NCBI GenBank assembly: GCA_016179185.1
Contig: JACORW010000053.1
Coordinates: 357 to 64,356 of the forward strand
Length of the DNA: 64,000 bases
Source: Gammaproteobacteria bacterium
GTDB taxonomy: Bacteria; Pseudomonadota; Gammaproteobacteria; Eutrophobiales; Eutrophobiaceae
Direction: 5' to 3'
Of the stretch, positions 49,419 through 58,834 are shown piece after piece (the stretch's first letter is position 1; the number at the start of each line of letters is the position of its first letter). Made by a program: the position numbers and the translations under genes. The notes under the pieces are model-generated. The model ran no database searches. It had not been told where the DNA came from and was given only the letters and a program-made list of their open reading frames with translations.

Positions 49419-50801
49419 ATGCCTGATCACGATACCCAATTCGCGCCCTTTGCCGAGCTGATGCAGGCACGCGGACTGCCGGAGATGGCCATTGCGTCCT
49501 TCCGGCGCCATTACCTGGGGCTGGCGGCGGGCGACACGGGTTTCATTTCGGAACATGAAATACAGCCGGTGGGATCCCTGCCCCACGCCGAGGCGCTGGG
49601 CCCTGACCTGGCCGAGGTCGGCCGGCGGGCGCTCAAGGCGACGGTATTTCTGAAACTCAACGGCGGACTCGGCACCAGCATGGGCCTCGACCAGGCCAAG
49701 TCCCTGATCGAGGTCAAGCCCGGATGGAGTTTCCTGCGCGCCCTGGCACGCCAGGCCGCGCACGCCGGTGCGCCGCTGGTGCTGATGAACAGCGATCGCA
49801 CCCACCGGGATTCGCAGCGGGCGCTGGCGGATATCCGCCGCCAGGAACCGGAACTTACCGTCCATCAATTTCTCCAGCATATGGCACCGAAGGTGTGCCG
49901 GCACGATCTGTCCCCGGCGCGCTGGGCCCGGGACCCGGTTCACGAGTGGTATCCGCCTGGACACGGCGATCTGTACGCCGCGTTGCACTGCAGCGGAATG
50001 TTGCGCGCATTACTCGATACGGGGATGCGTTACCTGTTCGTCTCGAACTCGGACAATCTCGGTGCCGCGCTGGACGCGCGCATCCTGGGTTATTTGGTGG
50101 CCAACGAATTGGGCTTCCTGATGGAAGTCACCGACCGCACCCCCGCCGACCGCAAGGGCGGGCACATTGCGTTGACGCGCGCCGGCACATTGGTGCTGCG
50201 GGAAGCTGCGCAGTGCCCGGCGGAGGAACGGGAGTCATTCGAAGACATCGCCCGGCACCGTTACTTCAATACCAACAATCTGTGGATGGATCTGCGGGAA
50301 CTGGAACGACTGCTGGCCGCGGGCGCGCCGGCGCTGCCTTTGATCCGAAACGCGAAAACGGTGGATCCCGCCGATCCGGACTCGACGCCCGTGTATCAAC
50401 TGGAGTCCGCGATGGGCGCGGCAGTCAGCCTCATTCCGCGCGCTGCGGCGTTGCGTGTGCCGCGGCATCGATTTGCGCCGGTCAAGACAACGTCCGACCT
50501 GTTGGTCGTGCGATCCGACGCGTTCGACGTCAGTACCGAAGGGCGCATGCTGCCGGGATTCGACGAGGCGCCGCCGGTAATCGAACTCGACGCGCGTTAC
50601 TACGCACGCCTCCAGGACTTCGAACTGCGTTTCCCCGTCGGTCCGCCCTCATTGCGCGAGTGCAGGCGGCTGATCGTCAGCGGCGACGTGCGTTTCGAGG
50701 CGGGTGTCGTGCTGCGTGGCGACGTGCGGATTGTCAGTCGTTCCGGCCGGCCGGCCGTGCTTGCCGGCGGCCGCATCTACGAGGGCGAGATCACCCTGTG
50801 A
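49419..50801 (+). CDS. UTP--glucose-1-phosphate uridylyltransferase of the eukaryote-type UDPGP family
   Basis: 460 aa: VFLKLNGGLGTSMGLDQAKSLIEV, WYPPGHGDLY, FVSNSDNLGA, YFNTNNLWMDL. Confidence 0.8.
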   Translation: MPDHDTQFAPFAELMQARGLPEMAIASFRRHYLGLAAGDTGFISEHEIQPVGSLPHAEALGPDLAEVGRRALKATVFLKLNGGLGTSMGLDQAKSLIEVKPGWSFLRALARQAAHAGAPLVLMNSDRTHRDSQRALADIRRQEPELTVHQFLQHMAPKVCRHDLSPARWARDPVHEWYPPGHGDLYAALHCSGMLRALLDTGMRYLFVSNSDNLGAALDARILGYLVANELGFLMEVTDRTPADRKGGHIALTRAGTLVLREAAQCPAEERESFEDIARHRYFNTNNLWMDLRELERLLAAGAPALPLIRNAKTVDPADPDSTPVYQLESAMGAAVSLIPRAAALRVPRHRFAPVKTTSDLLVVRSDAFDVSTEGRMLPGFDEAPPVIELDARYYARLQDFELRFPVGPPSLRECRRLIVSGDVRFEAGVVLRGDVRIVSRSGRPAVLAGGRIYEGEITL

Positions 50802-50913
50802 AATCCTGTGGGTTACGGCGCTTACCCACAAGGATGTGGGGTATGCCGCGAGAGGACAGGATGTCCGAAGCGGCCGGCCCCACAAGACCTTCAATCACAT
50901 TGACGCTTGAAGT

Positions 50914-52380
50914 TCAGGACTTCAGCGCCTTCTCGATCCGGTTGCACAGGGTTTTGACGATCTCCACCCGGGCCACTTTCTTGTCGTTGCCCGGCACCAG
51001 CGTCCACGGCGCGAACGAGGTGCTGGTGCGCGCCACCATCTCGTCAATGGCGGCCACATACGGCCCCCACTTCTCGCGGTTGCGCCAGTCCTCCTCGGTG
51101 ATCTTGTGCTGCTTCCATGCGATCTGCTCGCGCTCCTTGAAGCGCCGCAGTTGTTCTTCCGACGAGATGTGTACCCAGAACTTGGCAAGAATGGTGCCGT
51201 GCCGGTACAGGTGCTCCTCGAAATCGTTGATCTCCTGATATCCGCGCATCCATTCGTCCTGGGAGCAGAAACCTTCCACGCGCTCCACCAGCACGCGGCC
51301 ATACCAGGATCGATCGTAGACGGTCACGTAGCCGTCCCGCGGCAGGTGACGCCAGAAGCGCCAAAGATAATGGCGGGCCTTTTCTTCATCCGTGGGCGCG
51401 GCCACCGAAATGACGCTGTATAACCGCGCATCCAGCGCGCCGGTCACACGCCGGATGGCGCCGCCCTTGCCGGCAGCGTCCCAGCCCTCGAACATCGCCA
51501 CCACCGAGCGCCGTTCCTCACGTGCCTTCCAGCACAACTCGCTCAGGCGCTGCTGGTATTTTTCCAATTGCTTCTTGTATTGCTCGTCGCTCAGCCGCTT
51601 TTCCAGGTCCACGCTGTCGAGCACCGTCTTCTGCGTCAATCCCGGCAGCTTGATCTTCTTCGATGCCGGCGGCTTCCCGGCCTTGACCTCTTCCAGTTTG
51701 TTCTGCAGCGCCTGCAGCAGCACGCGCCCGGCCTTCAGGTGCGCATAGCGCTTGTCCTCGGCGTCAATCAGGTGCCACGGGGAATTACCGGTGTCGGTCA
51801 GCCGGATGGCGCGTGCCGAAGCTTCGGCGAAGTCGCTGTAACTTTTCAGATATTTCTTCGCCAGCTTGGTGAGCCGGTTTTTCGCCTTGCCCTTGAGGCG
51901 CTTTTTCTCGGCCTCCATGGACAGGTGGAACCAGAACTTGATCATGACGTGGCCGTCATCGGTGAGCATGCGCTCGAGCTGTTCGATGTGCATCATCTCG
52001 GCGTCCAGCGCCGCGTCGTCGGTCTTGCCGAGCGCGCGTTGCACGATGGGCCGCGTGTACCAGGACCCGAACATGATGGCCATGGAGCCGCGCGGCGGCA
52101 TGTTGCGCCAGAAGCGCCATTGGTACGGACGTAGGCGTTCCTCATCGGATTCGTCCCAGTAGGCGAAATTGCGGATCCAGCGCGAGTCGAGCCATTCGTT
52201 CAGGCGATTGACCACCTCGCTCTTGTTGGCGCCCTCGACGCCGGAGATGATCACGATGACCGAACTCTTCGTGTCCTTGAGGGCGTACTGGGCCTTTAAC
52301 AACTCGCTGCGCAGTTCCTGCACCGCCTTTTCGAATTCCTCTTTCGGGATTTTCTTGTGAAGTTCCACTGCCTCGAACAT
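50914..52380 (-). CDS. pap: Two-domain polyphosphate kinase 2 (polyphosphate:AMP phosphotransferase type)
   Basis: From ATG 52380 (GGGGAGG SD): a degenerate N-terminal PPK2 domain (ISGVEGANKS...QWRFWRNMPPRG) and a C-terminal PPK2 domain (FEGWDAAGKGGAIRR...LWRFWRHLPRDG...DRSWYGRVLVERVEG). Confidence 0.85.
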   Translation of the reverse strand: MFEAVELHKKIPKEEFEKAVQELRSELLKAQYALKDTKSSVIVIISGVEGANKSEVVNRLNEWLDSRWIRNFAYWDESDEERLRPYQWRFWRNMPPRGSMAIMFGSWYTRPIVQRALGKTDDAALDAEMMHIEQLERMLTDDGHVMIKFWFHLSMEAEKKRLKGKAKNRLTKLAKKYLKSYSDFAEASARAIRLTDTGNSPWHLIDAEDKRYAHLKAGRVLLQALQNKLEEVKAGKPPASKKIKLPGLTQKTVLDSVDLEKRLSDEQYKKQLEKYQQRLSELCWKAREERRSVVAMFEGWDAAGKGGAIRRVTGALDARLYSVISVAAPTDEEKARHYLWRFWRHLPRDGYVTVYDRSWYGRVLVERVEGFCSQDEWMRGYQEINDFEEHLYRHGTILAKFWVHISSEEQLRRFKEREQIAWKQHKITEEDWRNREKWGPYVAAIDEMVARTSTSFAPWTLVPGNDKKVARVEIVKTLCNRIEKALKS

Positions 52381-52427
52381 GGCCGCCTCCCCTTGGTCAT
52401 GGGCCGTAAATGACAGATTAGCAGGTT

Positions 52428-52458
52428 GCTGAAAAAGTCCACGCTGGACTTTTTCAGC
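52428..52458 (-). terminator. Perfect 14-bp hairpin downstream of the CinA-like gene
   Basis: GCTGAAAAAGTCCA-cgc-TGGACTTTTTCAGC. The U-run lies inside the stem rather than after it. Confidence 0.5.
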
Positions 52459-52516
52459 TCGCTCCGCCGCGGCACATGTCCGCGGCACGGTCTAAAATAT
52501 GCGTACAATCAATTGT

Positions 52517-53275
52517 TTATGTGGATTTCGGAGCGCCTCGATTGAGAATTCTTCCGCCCAGTCGCTTTAGCATTTCTTCAATGGCGGCGCGGCAGGCGGC
52601 GATCCGGCCGGCGGCTATGCTGCGCAACACCAGGTTCACGCCGAGCGTGCCACGCCGGAAAAAGGGGTAGCTGCCGACGCTTACATCCGGGAATGCAGAT
52701 TGAATCGCCCCGAGATCAGACGCCATTGCGCCTTCCAGCAAATCGGTGGTCACGGATACCGTCAGTATCGGCGGCCCGCCGGACAGGCGATCCACGATGC
52801 CGTCGAACATGACCTGCATGATGGACGGCACGCCGGGCAGCACGAATACATTCTCCAGCTGGAAGCCCGGGGCGCCGCTGACCGGATTGCCGATCAGCCG
52901 CGCTCCTTCCGGGATGTCGGCCATGCGCAGGCGCGCCTCGTTGAGCGTGCCCGGCTCGTAGTAGCGATCCAGCGCCTCCACGGCCTCCGGGCTGCGCCGC
53001 AGGGGGACGCCAAAGACCCGGGCCACGGTGGCCGAGGTAATGTCGTCGTGAGTCGGGCCAATGCCGCCGGTGGTGAACACGTAGGTAAACCGGGCGCGAC
53101 ACTCATTTATATGGGCAATGATGGCGGCCTCGTTATCGGCAATTACGCGCGCCTCCACCAGCCGGATCCCCAGCGCATCGCAGCGTTGTCCGAGAAATGC
53201 GAGATTCGCATCCTGGGTCCGGCCGGACAATATCTCGTTACCGATGATCAACACGCAAGCTGACGGGGAAGGCAT
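52517..53275 (-). CDS. CinA-N-terminal-like molybdopterin-binding (MoCF) domain protein
   Basis: 252 aa: VLIIGNEILSGRTQDANLAFLGQRC...VFTTGGIGPTHDDIT...LPGVPSIM. Confidence 0.8.
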   Translation of the reverse strand: MPSPSACVLIIGNEILSGRTQDANLAFLGQRCDALGIRLVEARVIADNEAAIIAHINECRARFTYVFTTGGIGPTHDDITSATVARVFGVPLRRSPEAVEALDRYYEPGTLNEARLRMADIPEGARLIGNPVSGAPGFQLENVFVLPGVPSIMQVMFDGIVDRLSGGPPILTVSVTTDLLEGAMASDLGAIQSAFPDVSVGSYPFFRRGTLGVNLVLRSIAAGRIAACRAAIEEMLKRLGGRILNRGAPKST

Positions 53276-53313
53276 GTTGCGGTCCCAGACTACGAGTCAT
53301 GGATTAACGGGAG

Positions 53314-53412
53314 AGCTACAAGCAACCAGCTATACGCTGCAAGGAAAGGCAACAGCCGGATCGATCCATTTGTTCGGCCCCCGGTGTCCCTTGTGGCTTG
53401 TAGCTTGTAGCT
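53314..53412. repeat. Imperfect hairpin with heptanucleotide-array arms (GCTACAA / CTTGTAG family)
   Basis: AGCTACAAGCAACCAGCTATACGCTGCAAGG (53314-53344) and CCCTTGTGGCTTGTAGCTTGTAGCT (53388-53412). Located between the panC stop and the CinA-like start. Confidence 0.65.
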
Positions 53413-53418
53413 GGGTTG

Positions 53419-54324
53419 TCATCCCGACGACGCAGACCGTTCCACCTGAACATTGTCGATTAACCTCGCCTTTCCCAGCCACGCGGCCGTCAGGACCGAC
53501 AGCCTGCGGTCGTCCGGCCGCGGCGCGCCGAGATCGGCAGAGCGCCGGACGCTGAAATATTCGGGCCGCAGCCCGGCCTGCTGCAGTGCCCACATCCCGT
53601 CCGATTCGACGCGCGGGAAATTATCTTCACCCCTGAGCAGACGTCCGGCGGCGTCCTGCAGCGTCCGGTAAATGACCGGCGCCAGCGCGCGCTCCTCCCG
53701 CGACAGATAGGCGTTGCGCGAACTCATCGCCAGCCCGTCGGCCTCGCGCACGATGGGCATGCCCATTACCCGCACAGGGATACACAGGTCCTTCACCATG
53801 CGTTCAATGACCAGGAGTTGCTGGTAGTCCTTTTCCCCGAACAGCGCGACGTCCGGTTCCACGTTCACGAACAGCTTGCTGACCACGGTGGCGACGCCGG
53901 AAAAATGCCCGGGACGGAACCTGCCGCACAGGATATCCGAGAGCTCCGGCACCGTGATGCGCGTGTCCACGTCCAGTCCGCCGGGATATAACTGCGTCAG
54001 GTCCGGGGCAAACAGCAGGTCAAGCCCGTTGGCGGACAGCTTGCGGCTGTCCTCGGCCAGCGTGCTGGGGTAGCGCTCATAATCTTCCCCTTTGCCGAAT
54101 TGGATCGGGTTGACGAAGATGCTGACCACGGTCCGGTCGGCGATTTCCCGTGCCCGCGCCAGCAGCGACAGGTGCGCGCCGTGCAAGTTGCCCATGGTCG
54201 GCACCAGCGCGATGCTATTCCCCTGCCGCTTCCAGTGACGGATGATCTCGCGCAGATCGGGCAGATCGTGCACGGTCAGCATGCGCACGCCGGCCTCGGA
54301 CTCATGCAGCAGCAACGAGTTCAT
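53419..54324 (-). CDS. panC: Pantoate--beta-alanine ligase
   Basis: ALVPTMGNLHGAHLSL...VSIFVNPIQFG...FGEKDYQQ. ATG 54324 overlaps the panB stop (TGATG); ATG 54282 is an alternative start. Confidence 0.94.
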   Translation of the reverse strand: MNSLLLHESEAGVRMLTVHDLPDLREIIRHWKRQGNSIALVPTMGNLHGAHLSLLARAREIADRTVVSIFVNPIQFGKGEDYERYPSTLAEDSRKLSANGLDLLFAPDLTQLYPGGLDVDTRITVPELSDILCGRFRPGHFSGVATVVSKLFVNVEPDVALFGEKDYQQLLVIERMVKDLCIPVRVMGMPIVREADGLAMSSRNAYLSREERALAPVIYRTLQDAAGRLLRGEDNFPRVESDGMWALQQAGLRPEYFSVRRSADLGAPRPDDRRLSVLTAAWLGKARLIDNVQVERSASSG

Positions 54325-55139
54325 CAGTGATCAGAGCCGTGCATGGGTTCGGGGAACGTCCCCGATTTGACCGCCTGCACATAGTCACGCACTGCCTGCT
54401 GGATGCTGCCGCCCTGTTGCAGGAAATTCTTCGCCATGCGCGGCGTGCGCATGGACACACCGATCAGATCGTGCAGCACCAGCACCTGTCCGTCGCAGTC
54501 CGGGCCGGCGCCGATCCCGATCACGGGCATGGACACCGCCGCGCGCACGCGTCCGGCGAGCGCGGAGGGCACGCACTCCAGCACCAGCAATTCCGCTCCG
54601 GCCGCCTCCAGCGCTTGGGCGTCGCTGAAGATCATCTCCGCCGCCTCCGGCTCGCGGCCCTGGATACGGTGCCCTCCGAACTTGTTCACCGATTGCGGCG
54701 TCAGCCCCAGATGCGCGCACACCGGGATGCCGCGTTCGGAAAGTTTCGCCACCGTGTCGCACAGCCAGCTCCCGCCTTCGGGCTTCACCATGTGCGCCCC
54801 GTTTGCGATCAGACGCGCGGCATTCACGAGCGCCTGATCCGGTGTTGCGTAACTCATGAACGGCATGTCGCTGACGATCAGCGACCCGGACGCGCCGCCG
54901 GCGACGAGCCGCGTATGGTAGACCATGTCGTCCATCGTCACGGCCAGGGTATTGGCAGCCCCGTGCAACACCATGCCGAGGGAATCACCGACCAGGACGA
55001 TCTCGACGCCGTTCTCCGACAGCAGGCGCGCAAAGGTTGCATCATAGGCTGTCAGCGCGACGATCTTCCCACCGGCGTGTTTGAGCGCCCGCAGACCCTG
55101 CAAGGTGATGGCCGGTTGCATGAGGCGGCTATTCTTCAT
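54324..55139 (-). CDS. panB: 3-methyl-2-oxobutanoate hydroxymethyltransferase
   Basis: From ATG 55139: MKNSRLMQPAITLQGLRALKHAGGKIVALTAYDATFARLL...VLVGDSLGMVLHG...VKPEGG. Confidence 0.94.
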   Translation of the reverse strand: MKNSRLMQPAITLQGLRALKHAGGKIVALTAYDATFARLLSENGVEIVLVGDSLGMVLHGAANTLAVTMDDMVYHTRLVAGGASGSLIVSDMPFMSYATPDQALVNAARLIANGAHMVKPEGGSWLCDTVAKLSERGIPVCAHLGLTPQSVNKFGGHRIQGREPEAAEMIFSDAQALEAAGAELLVLECVPSALAGRVRAAVSMPVIGIGAGPDCDGQVLVLHDLIGVSMRTPRMAKNFLQQGGSIQQAVRDYVQAVKSGTFPEPMHGSDH

Positions 55140-55656
55140 CCAAGACCGTCCGTGAATCAACCGCGGCGGCTTCCACATCCAGCAGCCACAGTCCCTCGGA
55201 CCCCAGTTTTTCGAGGACATGCCGCGCCGGCCCCACGCCGGGGATGGTGATTTCCGGCGCCAGCTCCAGCAACGGCGCCAGAACGAAGTTCCGGTTGCAG
55301 ATCTCGGGGTGTGGCAATGTGAGGCGCGCATCGCGGAACTGCAACTGATCATACAGCAGCAGATCCAGGTCCAGCGTCCGCGGTCCCCAGCGTTCGCCGC
55401 CGCGGACCCGCCCGTGCCGCGACTCGATTGCCAACAGGTGATCCAGCAGCGCCGGCGGAGTCAATGCTGTGTCAATCTTTGCCACGGCATTTACATAATC
55501 CGGCTGGGACGCCAGCCCCACGGCGCGGCTGCGATAACTGCGGGAACACTGCACAACCCGCAGGCCCGGAATCTGAACCAGATCGCGCAGCGCGCGTTGC
55601 AATGTCGCGGCGGGGTCCCCCAGGTTGGCGCCCAGTCCGATGAACGCGATGCTCAC
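55129..55656 (-). CDS. folK: 2-amino-4-hydroxy-6-hydroxymethyldihydropteridine pyrophosphokinase
   Basis: 175 aa: IAFIGLGANLGDP...RWGPRTLDLDLLLY...LTLPHPE...R.FVL.PL. Confidence 0.93.
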   Translation of the reverse strand: MSIAFIGLGANLGDPAATLQRALRDLVQIPGLRVVQCSRSYRSRAVGLASQPDYVNAVAKIDTALTPPALLDHLLAIESRHGRVRGGERWGPRTLDLDLLLYDQLQFRDARLTLPHPEICNRNFVLAPLLELAPEITIPGVGPARHVLEKLGSEGLWLLDVEAAAVDSRTVLDEE

Positions 55657-56966
55657 GTGGTGTTGCCGCGGCGTCCCGAACGGCGCCGGCGGCGGCGCGG
55701 CCGCGCCGGCGATTCCGCCGCTTCGGATTCAACCTCCGTTGCCGGCGCATCTTTCTGCGCCGTCGTCCACCATTCGCAGGCGTCACGGAGATTTTCGCCG
55801 GCGCGATTGCGCAGCAGCAGGAAGTCGTAGGCCGCGCGAAAGCGCGGATGGGACAGCAACCGCTGCGGGCGCCGGCCGGCGCCGCGCATCAACCGCGGCT
55901 GGAATTGCCAGATTTCACGCGCCATCTGCGTGAAACGGCGCGGGATCGCCGTGCGCGCCACCTGCCGCGAGATCACCGCGTCCGCCGCCAGTTCGACGGC
56001 CTCGAATTCCCCGAGCCCGCGGGCGACATGGTCCCCCGCCAGTGAATGCATCTGCGGCCACAACATCGCCGCCAGCAGGAATCCCGGCGTCACCGGCCGG
56101 GACTCGGCGAGCCGCTGATCGGTATCGCGCAGCGCGTGGATCACCAATGTCTGCGGAAAACCGTTCTCTTCGCGCCCAAGCACCACCTCGGTCTCCGGGA
56201 ACAACGCGCCGAACAAATCATGGTGGCGCAACGCCTCGAAGGTCTGCACCGCGCACCCGCTGAGGAACAGCTTCAGAAACTCTTCAAACAACCGCGCCGA
56301 CGGGATCGCCTCCAGCAACGGGGCGAGTTCGCGGATCGGCCGTTCGGTCTCCGGATGAATGCGAAATCCGAGTTTCACCGCGAAGCGCACCGCGCGCAGC
56401 AGCCGCACCGGATCCTCGCGATAGCGCTGCTCCGGATCGCCGATGAGCCGGATCAGGCCGGCGCGGATGTCCGCCAGCCCGCCGACGTAATCAACGACCG
56501 AGAAGTCGTCAATGTTGTAGAACAGCGCATTGGCGGTGAAATCGCGGCGCCAGACGTCATCGTCAATGCTGCCGTAGACGTTGTCGCGCACGATGCGGCC
56601 GTCCAGGTCGCTGACGTGGTGCGCGGCACGGAACGTGGAGACCTCGATGACCTCCGCGCCGAAGCGCACGTGGGCAAGGCGGAAGCGCCGGCCGATGAGC
56701 CGGCAGTTGCGGAACAGCTCGCGCACCTGCTCCGGGTGTGCATTGGTCGCTACGTCGAAGTCCTTGGGTTCGCGCCCGAGCAGGAGATCGCGCACGCTTC
56801 CGCCCACCAGGCAGGACTGATAACCGGCGTTTTTCAGCCGGTACAGCACCTTGAGGGCGTTTTCGCTGATGGCGTCCCGCGAAATATTGTGCTCGGCGCG
56901 GGCGACGATTTGCGGCCGCGGCCGCAACGGGGTGACTTTGTCTGTGTATTCGGACTTCATGCGCAT
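55653..56966 (-). CDS. pcnB: Poly(A) polymerase I
   Basis: 437 aa: AGYQSCLVGGSVRDLLLGREPKDFDVAT...RLIGDPEQRYREDPVRLLRAVRF, with a basic C-terminal tail. Confidence 0.95.
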   Translation of the reverse strand: MRMKSEYTDKVTPLRPRPQIVARAEHNISRDAISENALKVLYRLKNAGYQSCLVGGSVRDLLLGREPKDFDVATNAHPEQVRELFRNCRLIGRRFRLAHVRFGAEVIEVSTFRAAHHVSDLDGRIVRDNVYGSIDDDVWRRDFTANALFYNIDDFSVVDYVGGLADIRAGLIRLIGDPEQRYREDPVRLLRAVRFAVKLGFRIHPETERPIRELAPLLEAIPSARLFEEFLKLFLSGCAVQTFEALRHHDLFGALFPETEVVLGREENGFPQTLVIHALRDTDQRLAESRPVTPGFLLAAMLWPQMHSLAGDHVARGLGEFEAVELAADAVISRQVARTAIPRRFTQMAREIWQFQPRLMRGAGRRPQRLLSHPRFRAAYDFLLLRNRAGENLRDACEWWTTAQKDAPATEVESEAAESPARPRRRRRRSGRRGNTT

Positions 56967-57035
56967 CGAAAGCGCGGGCAGGCGCTGTCGTGGTGACCGG
57001 CTATGGTATCATCGCGGCCCGCTTCGCGGCCCAAT

Positions 57036-57111
57036 GCTCCCTTCGTCTAGTGGCCCAGGACGTCGCCCTCTCACGGCGAAAACAGGGGTTCGAGTCCCCT
57101 AGGGAGCGCCA
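57036..57111 (+). tRNA. tRNA-Glu (anticodon CUC)
   Basis: 76 nt. Acceptor GCTCCCT/AGGGAGC plus GCCA; anticodon stem TCGCC/GGCGA with loop CTCTCAC; T-arm AGGGGTTCGAGTCCCCT. Confidence 0.95.
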
Positions 57112-57170
57112 CATTGACCGCCAAGGGGATCGCTCCCGGTGCTGGGCGGCGAGAATTCGCCCGGACACCG

Positions 57171-58019
57171 TCAAGGCTTCGTTTTGTCAATGCAGCCCGA
57201 GACGGAGTACCTCGGGCCCTTGTCGCCGTTGAGTGTGCCCCGCGTCCCGGTCACGGACGAGTTCAACTTGCAATTAATGCCGTAGCCGCCGTTGTTGGTC
57301 GTTGTGGTATTGGGATCGTCCCCCTGGTGCCCCAGTTCGACACCTGAATTACCGGTGACCAGGACGCCACTTTTGCCGTTGGCGTCAATGGCGTTCTGGT
57401 TCAGGCTGGCGAAGGAAACGTTGGCCACGTAGACGCCGTTCTGCGCGTTGTTTCTGATGCTGTTCCCTTCCATGTCCGCGCCTGATGAGTCGATCACGAC
57501 GACGCCATCGTCGTTGTCCCGGATGGTGTTTCCAACGATGGATGCGAAGGAGTGCTCTCCGACCTCAATTCCGGCCTCGCCGTTGTTCCGAATCGTGCTG
57601 CTGAGGATCACGACGTGTCCGCCGTGGACGAAAATTCCAACTCCCCCGGCGTCTTCGACGACGCTGTCCTGAATCCGGTGGGAGCCGAGGGGGCTCACGG
57701 AGATGGCATCATCCCCTCCAGTCACCGTCAGCCGTTTGAGGGTGGTGCCCGACGCAGTAAGATTGACGACTACGCCGCTCGTGGCGGTAATTGTTGCGCC
57801 GTTCTGGCCATCCAGAGTCAATGTTTTTCCGACTTCCACATTCTCATTGCAGGTACCGCTCAGCAGAATCGTGTCACCGTCCCCCGCCGCGTTGATCACG
57901 GACTGGAGGCTCTCGCTGGCGCAGTTGGCATTGACCGTCGCCCCCAGGACCCCGGGTCCAAAGACCACCCCTCCTGCCAGTACGACCAGTGCGCGCAGAA
58001 CTTGCCGTGCCCGTCTCAT
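57171..58019 (-). CDS. Secreted right-handed parallel beta-helix repeat protein (PbH1/NosD-like)
   Basis: From ATG 58019: a signal peptide, then about 22-residue repeats of the type IRNNGEAGIEV / IRDNDDGVVVI / IRNNAQNGVYV. Function unknown. Confidence 0.7.
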   Translation of the reverse strand: MRRARQVLRALVVLAGGVVFGPGVLGATVNANCASESLQSVINAAGDGDTILLSGTCNENVEVGKTLTLDGQNGATITATSGVVVNLTASGTTLKRLTVTGGDDAISVSPLGSHRIQDSVVEDAGGVGIFVHGGHVVILSSTIRNNGEAGIEVGEHSFASIVGNTIRDNDDGVVVIDSSGADMEGNSIRNNAQNGVYVANVSFASLNQNAIDANGKSGVLVTGNSGVELGHQGDDPNTTTTNNGGYGINCKLNSSVTGTRGTLNGDKGPRYSVSGCIDKTKP

Positions 58020-58273
58020 GATCCAGCCCCCTATCAAGCAGCCAAACCGTAGCCCCTATGCCCCGATCCTGTTCCCCGCACGATACGGGAGTCAAGGGCG
58101 CCTCGCGGTCCGCGTTGGAGACGCATGAATCCGGCCCGAAAAGGCGCAGTCAGGGAGCGACTTGGTCGCTTGCGAAACTGGATTTGAAACACGCGTCCTC
58201 CGGCGAACATTGCGCCGATTCCCCTTTTTTGGGCGGCTGGGCTCCGGCCGGATCGCGTGCCCGGCAGCGGCTT

Positions 58274-58741
58274 ATGGACAAATGGGATAATAAATGTGTG
58301 CGCGATGGGTGCAATCATTCTTCAAGTCCCTGCGGTCTCGCGCGCCGCCTGGGCGCAATGACCTACGACGGCCTGTTGCTGACCGGCGTGTTGTGTGTCG
58401 CGACGCTGCCGCTGCTCTCGCTGACCGGCGGCGAGGCGATATCAAGCGGGAACCCGTTGTACCCGGCGTATCTGCTGGGGATCTCCTGGCTCTATTTCAC
58501 CGCCCAGTGGACACGCGGCGGCCAGACACTGGGCATGCGCGCCTGGCGCATCCGGCTGATCGCAAACGGCGGCGGGGGCGCCGGCTGGGGTCCGTGCAGT
58601 ACGCGTTTCGCGGCGGCACTGCTGTGCTGGCTTCCCGCGGGACTTGGATTCCTTTCCGGGATCGGCCGCGCCGACGGCCTGCCCTGGCACGATCGCCTGT
58701 CGGGCACCCGACTCATTGTGGATCCGTCTCCTGCCGGGTGA
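58274..58741 (+). CDS. RDD-family membrane protein
   Basis: GLARRLGAMTYDGLLLTGVL...WTRGGQTLGMRAWRIRLI...LPWHDRLSGTRL. Start uncertain: ATG 58274, or an in-frame GTG a few codons later. Confidence 0.75.
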   Translation: MDKWDNKCVRDGCNHSSSPCGLARRLGAMTYDGLLLTGVLCVATLPLLSLTGGEAISSGNPLYPAYLLGISWLYFTAQWTRGGQTLGMRAWRIRLIANGGGGAGWGPCSTRFAAALLCWLPAGLGFLSGIGRADGLPWHDRLSGTRLIVDPSPAG

Positions 58742-58772
58742 CCTGCTACTGACCAACAGCCAGAAAGTACAT

Positions 58773-58798
58773 GGCCGGGATGAACCCGGCCTTGTTTT
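58773..58798 (+). terminator. Intrinsic terminator after the RDD gene
   Basis: GGCCGGG-atgaa-CCCGGCC followed by TTGTTTT. A second hairpin, GGCCGGC-tgaaa-GCCGGCC (58799-58817), faces lptG. Confidence 0.6.
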
Positions 58799-58834
58799 GG
58801 CCGGCTGAAAGCCGGCCCCACAGTTTGCAGAGTC

